64,000 bases of DNA from the human T2T-CHM13v2.0 reference genome, Homo sapiens: assembly GCA_009914755.4 (NCBI GenBank), contig CP068257.2, positions 22,208,001-22,272,000 on the forward strand, read 5' to 3'. Under the pieces are notes generated by a model. The model did no database searches. It saw only the letters and a list, made by a program, of their open reading frames with translations, and was not told the DNA's origin. The first letter of the stretch is position 1. The number at the start of each line of letters is the position of its first letter. The translations under genes and the position numbers were made by a program. Positions 54,871 through 64,000 of the stretch are shown one piece after another.

Positions 54871-55618
54871 TACTTATTTCTGATGGCTTCAAATAAATTT
54901 TTTAAGAAGTATATTGCTCCATTTTTCAGGGTCATGAGTCTAATTTACCAAATTTTAAAGCAAATATTTTATATTCAGCTACACAGATAAATTTAATTTG
55001 TAATTTGAAATGCACTCCACAAAATGCTTGTTGATAAAAATCCATTATAAGTTAGTTGGTACCATGTATTTATAAATAAATGGTAGATTATCTCCTTTCT
55101 CCATAAATTACCATTTTAATAGAGTATTTGACAACCCTGAGAGATTAAACCGTTTGTATACAATTTTCAATTCTTTTGTGATTTTTAGTAATAATTTTTA
55201 AAGAAATATTAACAAAATGGTCTTTACTAACTAAAATATGTGCAATACTATTTCTTTGTCTTCTGAAATTAATGTGTAGGGAAGAAATGTCAAATTCCAA
55301 AACTATCTTAATCTAATACATTAAGTGATTATTTAAAAATCATTTTAATCAGAATTATCACTCAGTGTATTACATGTCCTAATATCTTCTCACCACCTAT
55401 TTTTGCCCCCTTGGCAAAAATAAGAAAAGACAGAAAATGAGGTCCTTTTATACTGAAATGAAAACTTCAAAGGTGTTATTGACCGTTTCACATCACATCA
55501 AGACTATATTGATTCTGGTCCAGACAAACTATTGGTAATCAAGAGCAAGTTTAGAGTGATTGTAGAAGATGTGAATTTTTCTACGTCAGCAAAAGAAAAA
55601 AAAAAGGCTAGTCAGGTT

Positions 55619-56480
55619 TATTATTTTATTTTATTTTATTTTATTTTATTATACTTTAAGTTTTAGGGTACATGTGCACAACGTGCAGTTTAGTTACATA
55701 TGTATACATGTGCCATGTTGGTGTGCTGAACCTAGTAACTCGTCATTTAACATTAGGAATATCTCCTAATGCTATCCCTCCCCCCTCCCCCCACCCCACA
55801 ACAGGCCCCAGTGTGTGATGTTCCCCTTCCTGTGTCCATGTGTTCTCATTGTTCAATTCCCACCTATGAGTGAGAACATGCAGTGCTTGGTTTTTTGTCC
55901 TTGTAATAGTTTACTGAGAATGATGGTTTCCAGCTTCATCCATGTCCCTACAAAGGACATGAACTCATCATTTTTTATGGCTGCATAGTATTCCATGGTT
56001 TATATGTGCTGCATTTTCTTAATCCAATCTATCATTGTTGGACATTTGGCTTGGTTCCAAGTCTTTGCTATTGTGAATAGTGCCACAATAAATATATGTG
56101 TGCATGTGTCTTTATAGCAGCATGTTTTATAATCCTTTGGGTATATAACCAGTAATGGGATTGCTGGGTCAAATGGTATTGCTAGTTCTAGATCCCTGAG
56201 GAATTGCCACACTGACTTCCACAATGGTTGAACTAGTTTACAGTCCCACCAACAGTGTAAAAGTGTTCCTATTTCTCCACATCTTCTCCAGCACCTGTTG
56301 TTTCCACGAGTCAGGTTTTGTAAGACTTGTAGATGATACCTCCTTTGTAATGGCAATTTCAGAAGACATTGTGTTTATAAGTGTGGCATTGCCCAAGCAG
56401 CACACAAGAGTGTCAGTGCCAGAGATGTGTCCCCATCACTCACCTGCTTTGGGTGATGAGTTTTGCAGTTTCTATACAGA
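55619..56480 (-). mobile_element. L1 (LINE-1) 3' portion in reverse: 3'UTR, ORF2 C-terminus, (AAAAT)n tail; older primate subfamily (L1PA/L1PB-like)
   Basis: The + strand shows (TTATT/TTTTA)n, then ATACTTTAAGTTTTAGGGTACATGTGCACAACGTGCAGTTTAGTTACATATGTATACATGTGCCATGTTGGTGTGCTG...CCTAATGCTATCCCTCCCCCCTCCCCCCACCCCACAACAGGCCCCAGTGTGTGATG...GAGTGAGAACATGCAGTGCTTGGTTTTTTGTCC, the reverse complement of the L1 3' end. The minus-strand ORF at 56000-56356 translates to ..RCGEIGTLLHCWWDCKLVQPLWKSVWQFLRDLELAIPFDPAIPLLVIYPKDYKTCCYKDTCTHIFIVALFTIAKTWNQAKCPTMIDWIKKM.., which matches the L1 ORF2p C-terminus. Confidence 0.9.
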
Positions 56481-56733
56481 CTAAATCTGCTACAGTCTCC
56501 TTCAAAAACCTAGAATTTCCTTGTTGCCACACATAATCTCTCTTTTGGTAGGATGATTATAAGCCTAACACCATAGGAAGTTCCTAATTTTGCAATTACA
56601 TTATTTTTTACCATGTAAAGTATGACTCAATTATCTACTGAAATGTCCATTTCTGAATTCTCATATATCCTTGTGAGGCAAAGAAATTATAGCACATTAG
56701 AGACCCAATATTTAATGAGGTCTAAAGCAATAA

Positions 56734-57069
<336 letters not shown>

Positions 57070-58743
57070 TGTAAATTGACTTTAATACTAACATAACATG
57101 TCAAAACACTGATAACCGCCAGCATTATTTTACAGATTATACATTATATTATATTATGCTATGTGTCTCTATTAGAGTATATACACAGTAGTATAATATA
57201 TACAAATATATATGCGTATATTTATACATACATACATATGTACACCTGTTTCAATCATTCATTTATTTTTTATTCATTAAAAATATTTATTAAAATACTA
57301 ACATGGGACAGGCACTGTGAGGTATCAAGTTACCAAGAAAGCCATGGTATCTGCCTTCACAAAATTTACAATTTAGTGAAGATGATAAGAGTTAATATTA
57401 TTAGAAAGACTATTACCAGCATATACTCGTCACCGGGTTAAATATTTCCTTGTATTATCTGATATAACCTTTAAAAGATTATTGGTCAATAATATAATTA
57501 AATCTTAGAAAGGAAACCTATCTAGAGTCTTTCAGTTAACAAACAGCATGAAACTAGGTTCATATTAACACAGTCTAGGTGCTCATTCCATAAACAAGGT
57601 CTATGGTTATTCAGACCAGAGACTGAGAATATTGAGCACCCTGGGCTCAATAATGAGCTCTAATAATATGAGAATATTTATTAAGCATCTTCAATGTACC
57701 AGAGACCATAACAGAAACTGGGAATAGAATAAATTAATAAGACAAGTTACTGATTTTTTTAGAACTTATACTCTAAAAAGAAAGATAGAGTAAACAAATA
57801 AAAATAATTTCAGGTACGGATACATTTTATGCATGGAATAAAGTGAGGTGAGTGTTAGAGAGATAATTTCAAGAAGGTTATTTTACATAGGGTTGTCCGA
57901 GGACTCCTCTGTAAGAGAGTAACATCTGAGAGGAGTCCCAAATGATGTGAAGATAGAATTTCTGTGAAAGCCTTGGTGGAAGATCAAGGAGACAGACCTG
58001 GAACTGGGAACAAGTTCCCTGTGTTTAAGGAGCACCAGGAAGGCCAGGGCCAACAAAGGTGAATGAGTGGAGAGTGATTGGAGATGAGCGACCCTCTTCA
58101 ACACAGGTTAAATCATATTGGGTCTTGTTGACAATGACAAATGGGTTTAGATTAGACTTAGAGTCAATAAGAACCACCATTGATCAATGGAATTGTTATG
58201 ACATTCAGCAAAAGGCTTAGTTATATCAGGGCAGAATGAAACAGCTATTGATTATAAAAATGGAAGTAAAAAAATAGGAGGAAGAAAGAGTCATGATCAA
58301 AATTATATTTCCTGGATTTGTGATAAACATTTCAGATGATTAATAATAAGAACTAATGAAGGTATTAATAATAATAATAACAGTTTGATGGAAACATAAA
58401 GTCAATTTATGTTAAAAATGCCATATTATCTTCTTTTGATCACATCATGCATACATGTGAAAAAAATATTTCATGACATTAAAAAAAGTTTGCAATGCAG
58501 AGAAGTACAAGATAATAATTTAAAAAACATAAAACAAAATAAAATCTTGAAACAGCAACTGAAGCCTGAGGATGGGGCAAAAGAGATAAAAGAAAACCTT
58601 AGAGTCCCACACACTCTGGACTTTCAGTTTTCATGCTCTAGAATGGGGCAGGAAATCTGAGATGGCAAGTAGTTGAAGGCAACTGCTCTTTAAAACTGTA
58701 GTCCAGGGCAGCAAAGTAAAGAGAAAGATCTCCCAAAGTGCAT

Positions 58744-59026
58744 GGCCGGGTGTGGTGGCTCATGCCTGTAATCCCAGCACTTAGGAGGCCGAGGCAGGTG
58801 GATCACCTGAGGCAAGAGTTTGAGACCAGCCTGGCCAACATGGCGAAACCCTGTCTCTACTAAAAATACAAAACTTTTCCAGGCGTGGCGGTGGGTGCCC
58901 ATAATCCCAGCTACTGAGGCAGGAGAATAGTTTGAAGCCAGGAGGTGGAGGTTGCAGTGAGATAGCGCCATTGCACTCCACCCTGGGCAACAGAGTGAGA
59001 CTCAGTCTCAAAAGAAAAACAAAAAG
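58744..59026 (+). mobile_element. Alu SINE with a small right-arm deletion and a short A-rich tail
   Basis: GGCCGGGTGTGGTGGCTCATGCCTGTAATCCCAGCACTTAGGAGGCCGAGGCAGGTGGATCACCTGAGGCAAGAGTTTGAGACCAGCCTGGCC ... GTGAGACTCAGTCTCAAAAGAAAAACAAAAAG. Possible 8-bp TSD AAAGTGCA at 58734-58741 and 59022-59029. Confidence 0.85.
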
Positions 59027-62000
59027 TGCAGAAAGCTAGGGGTGGGATTAGAGAGCCAGAAAAATTCACCAACTACTCACAAAGTGGTTGTGGAGCAGAC
59101 TCAGTTATAGCCTGTTTTTTCTTGCTTATCATGTACTTTCTTTCTTCTTATTCACCATATGCCTTCATAATACACCAATTTGTATTTTCTGATAAATAAT
59201 TTTGTTTTTAAAAGAAAAAAAAGAAGAATACCATGTTGCTTGAAACTCTCTGTTATTCTAGCTTTCAGTGTCAAAACAGCATAGAAAAAGGGTTGATCTT
59301 CGGTTGGTGTCATATGAAGCTGGATCTATTATCTGTCTCCCAATTCAGGTCAGGTGATAACTCAGTAATATGACGGGCGATGCCTTTGTCTTTTGTTGAC
59401 TTAGACAAACATTCTAAACCTGGCCACCTGATCCCTGAAATCAAAAAAGGACTCTATTGTTACTGTCTAATGTGTCATGGATTATTTAGATTTCTTGTTC
59501 TTGGTGAGATTTGCCTCGATTTTCCTGGCCATAAACCTGCCAGAATCTTCAATGAAACCAAGTTCCAGATACTTCACATGTTTATGTTCTGCAGTGTTTG
59601 GGTCACTTTCCTTCTTGTATGGCAGAGAAGGGGCCAGCCGTGGTAGCCATGAAGATTTTCCATTTCATTGTCTCTCAGGACTAGCTTATTATTGAGCTGC
59701 ATCTTTAGGGCCAGTTAGAAACACTCTATAAGGTTTACATAAGACAAGCACATTGTGATCAAAGTTCTGTAAATATTTACCTGGTAATTCCCCCAAAAAG
59801 TGAGAATTAAAAAAATAAACCAGGATATTCTTGCAGTAGGATAATGGGTTATATTCGAGTCCCTCTTACCCTTTCTACTTAAAAAATGTTGTTATTTTGT
59901 TTCTTTAGAGTGTCCATCCTCATCTTCGGAGCCTTTCAAACTTTACCGTTATCTTGCATTTCTTCTATTTTGCCTCTTATTGGTAAGGCAGACTGCATAA
60001 GGTACACATTTTAATATGGCTTTTCTTATGCTGATTTTAACTTACTTTGTATATTTATATATGAGTATACTTTAACCATTGTGGAATTTGTTTTTCTGTA
60101 CTGTATGAAATAAATATACATTTCTTTTATTGGAACAAATAGCCAAATTTAGAACTATTGAATGGATCACATGTTGTTCTGATTGGAAATTAAATTTTTA
60201 TCATTAAATTTTATTCTATACATAGACAACTGATTCTAAACTACTGTTTTGTTCCATTGATTAATTTGTTCCAATACTACTCTTGTTTAGTTATTATTGT
60301 GTACCTATACAACACTTTATCATAGTTTTTTAGTATGTTTTTATATCTGATCAAGAATGTTCTTCATTGTTTTCTGGTAATACATCCACTACAAATAAAA
60401 GATAAATGTTTAAGATGATGGATATCCCAATTTTCTGATTTAATCATTATACATTGTGTGCAGTTATCAAAATATCACATGTAGCCCCAAAATACGTACA
60501 ACTATTATATAGCGATAAAAAGTTTAAAAACTTTATATTTGGAAGCTTAAAAAACAAAAGTAAATTTTATTTTTCTTGCCCATTTTCCCCTCCTATGAAC
60601 ATCAACATCATAACAGGGTCTACGAAATTTCTGTTGGGATTTTTAGTAACATTTAATTGAATATACAGTTTGACAGGGAGAAGACTGATTGCTTGAAATT
60701 AAAGTATTTCTAGTCACAGACATGACCTATCTCTCCCTCCCAAGAGTCAATTTATTTTTGTCACTTATTAGATATTTATACCTCTTCATATATAACTTAA
60801 AGATTTCATATCAAACCTATTTCTAAAAAGTCATCTATTTTTTTTCAACAAATAGGATCTTTCTATAAAAATATATAGGTCATTGTGACTTTTTGTTGTG
60901 ATGTTTTATTTTGGACATTGATATTGCATCTGACTTATTGGCTGAACTAATTTATAAGACCTACTATTGTGTCAGTTTATTGTTTTTGTAGATATTACAT
61001 GAAAATTGTGAAAATTTAGCAAAATAACCTAAAAAAGGCAAATAAGAATTCCAAAGGGAAGCAAAATTGTACTGCAACTGATAAATATATTTGGGAAGAT
61101 TTGATTATCAAGTTTAATTTTGTTAAATCTCTAATTACTAAGGTATTTTGTCCCAAAGTCATAATTAAAAAAAAATTGTGTGAGGGAAAGGTCATTTTTA
61201 CCAGATGTCACTTAAGGGCAGAGAGTACCTACAGCCCACTTATTCTTCTCTATATCATTTATGAAATGTTTCCCCAGATATTACCTTGTTTCAATTAAAT
61301 GCTATTAAATATGAAATACTGCAAGAATTTAAATTTGTCTGCTTTGTAAGCGTATACATGTCCATATGTTAATATATCTTTCTAGTTCTTATTCTTCTCT
61401 TGATAAAACAACAAAATAATAAAACAGCAATTTGAGGAAAAGCAGAAAAACACAAGTTCATGTGCAAAGCCCTTTCTGCTCTTCGTACTCTTATTAGCCA
61501 ATCTGTGCAGTCAAAATCATTGTCCCTCCTAAGAGGTGGTAAATGTGTTCCTGTTGTGTAAATAAACCAGGGATGGTGAGGTAACTGAGTCAAGTATTTG
61601 TAATGTAGCAACTCCATATTTTGTAGCTCAATTTTTTTAAAAAATTAGATTTTATTTCTAAGTGTCATTTGAATTTTGTGGAGAAAGCAAGCTAATTTAT
61701 TGGACTTTGCCCCATTCAGTACTGAAAGTTATTTTAATTTCCAAAATCATCTAAAACACTAATTGCAACTGTTAGAGGCTTGCTGTGTTTATTGTTACTG
61801 TAAACTCATTTAATTATTAGTTCCTTATAAATTGCAAATATTTATAGGGGTAGATAGCCATCTCTTAAGCTGCCTTTCTGTAGCCAGTAGAATGAACTAC
61901 ATACTATCAAAGGACCCAATTTGCAAAATATAATGAATTTACTATGCATTAAAGAAACTCTTCCTCCAGTAAGTTTTCCTCTGACCTGAAAATTACAAAA

Positions 62001-62744
62001 TATTACCAAAAACATTAAATTATCTTTCATATAATGACCTCCAAATAAGTACTTTTTTCAGACTCTGAAAAATATGCCATTTTGAAAAATGGTTTTTTTT
62101 ATTATGGTAAAATATACAAAACAATTTACACTTTAACCATTTTTAAGGAGACATTTTAGTGGCTTTGAGGACATTAATATTTTTACAATTAATTCATTTA
62201 TTTTAATTGACAAATAAGAATTGTACATTCTTATTATGTACATGTGCCAAAGACACTTAAATCAAGATAAAGTACATGTATTATTTCAGTCCATGACACT
62301 AAAGAGAGATATTGGTTGGAGGTCTGCTTTCTTGCCTTTATTATTATCTAACACCTTGTATCATTAACATCACCTGGAGCTTATGAGAGCTGCTGAATCT
62401 CGAACCCTACCCCAGACCTACTGAATTAGAAACTCTGATGGTAGAAGCAGCAATGTGCATTCCCAACATCCCTACAAGTTATTCAGACAAACAATAAAGT
62501 TTGATAAACACTGGACTAAGTAATGATCCACTCTTCATGAAGGAGCTTACATTCCTCGTGGGATGATATAAACAAATGGATACCTAACCAAGAATGGAAG
62601 TACAGGCATTACTTCTGAAAGAAAATAGTGTGGAAGAAAACAAAACCTCCTATTCTACTCTAGGTAGAATTCATTGACTCATTAATTTCAGGGGATACTA
62701 TGATAATAACTACTTATTTATTTATCTTTATTGCTGATTTACAA

Positions 62745-62840
62745 AGTAGTTTTCAGTTTACAGATGTGAAGGCTCAAAGAATTAAAAACTACATCAATTG
62801 CCAAAATCACACATCTAGAAATAAAAGTCAGTGTTTAAAA
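62745..62840 (+). mobile_element. possible MIR (ancient SINE) core fragment
   Basis: TTTACAGATGTGAAGGCTCAAAGAATTAAAAACTACATCAATTGCCAAAATCACACATCTAGAAATAAAAGTCAGTG loosely parallels the MIR core ATTTTACAGATGAGGAAACTGAGGCACAGAGAGGTTAAGTAACTTGCCCAAGGTCACACAGCTAGTAAGTGGCAGAG. Confidence 0.3.
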
Positions 62841-63382
62841 CCCATCACCCCTGGCCCACCCACCTCTTGCAAAGCTACATTCCTTCTGCCAGATTTCAGG
62901 GCCTTCACTTCAAGACAAGCTTATGGCAACCTACAAAGACAATTTAAAAGGCCTGTTCAGAATAGATGAGACACTTGTCTGAGGATGGTTCTAGATGATT
63001 ATGTTATTTATAGTAGATGTATTGTTAGGTTGTTTTTTTCAACACACTTCATTTTCTTATGATTGTCATAGATCCTCAAAATCTCCACATAAAAGATCTA
63101 GCGTCCAAATTCCACTAAATTGTAACTGTTTGCTTGTCACTATTTCAACCCAGATCCTTTAGCACTGTAACAATCACTTTTTAAGAAACTAAAAAATTCA
63201 CTGAGATTTTCCTCCCTTGCAAAAACAATGCATCAACACACACATAAATATGTGTTCAACCAATATTGTTCATAAAAAGGCAGATCAGTTTCCTAAACAG
63301 AAAAATTATTGACCACTCTGGGCTCAATGCCTGTGAGGGTGGGGAACTCTGAACCTCACTCTTCTTCTCTTTGTATCATTAG

Positions 63383-63697
<315 letters not shown>

Positions 63698-64000
63698 GGA
63701 GACTTTTTATTTAATGATATTCCAAAGGGCTCATACGATTTGAATTAGGATTTTTCGGGGTGGATGCAAATCAGTTGGTCCCATCTTCATACCATCTCTA
63801 GCAATGTCCTTGTTTATTAATTCCACAATTTCTCACACTCGCTCCCCTTAACTGAGTTTTAGGAAAATGAATTTGTCTTTCCTCTTTTTATCCTTAGCCT
63901 AACCCATATGAGGTGCAATACCTTTCTGCTGAGTGAACATTACATAAAATAGTTTAATTCCTATTTTATAATTACTGTAAAAAAAAGAAAATTGAAAACT

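Noticed and set aside
56000-56356. 118-aa minus-strand ORF with strong similarity to a known protein
   Set aside because: It is the C-terminal fragment of L1 ORF2p inside a 5'-truncated L1 3' end. Annotated as part of the mobile element, not as a host or functional CDS.

Overview
This window is primate (almost certainly human) nuclear DNA, not a prokaryotic locus. It contains about 30 Alu SINEs in both orientations, many with intact target-site duplications. It also contains L1 3' fragments, an LTR12 (HERV-9) solo LTR, a CpG-retaining ERV1-like LTR, a full-length MaLR (THE1/MST-like) provirus, several MaLR LTR copies, Tigger DNA-transposon remnants and numerous microsatellites. I could support no protein-coding gene, RNA gene, CRISPR array or operon-like system. 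The supplied ORFs are almost all translations of Alu/LTR/low-complexity sequence; the only genuine coding remnant is a dead L1 ORF2 C-terminus. The window looks like gene-poor, AT-rich, repeat-dense intergenic or intronic sequence. The most unusual things I can see are structural. (1) A composite palindrome with a two-Alu insertion at 17.26-18.08 kb. (2) Two ~450-bp direct repeats of ~97% identity at 18.96 and 20.56 kb. (3) A ~300-bp inverted duplication whose right copy is bracketed by ~83-bp direct repeats, at 37.16-39.16 kb. (4) A duplicated and circularly permuted Alu-plus-flank module at 40.4 and 45.3 kb. I found no evidence for a novel biological system and say so plainly. Repeat family names are from memory of consensus sequences and are given with reduced confidence.
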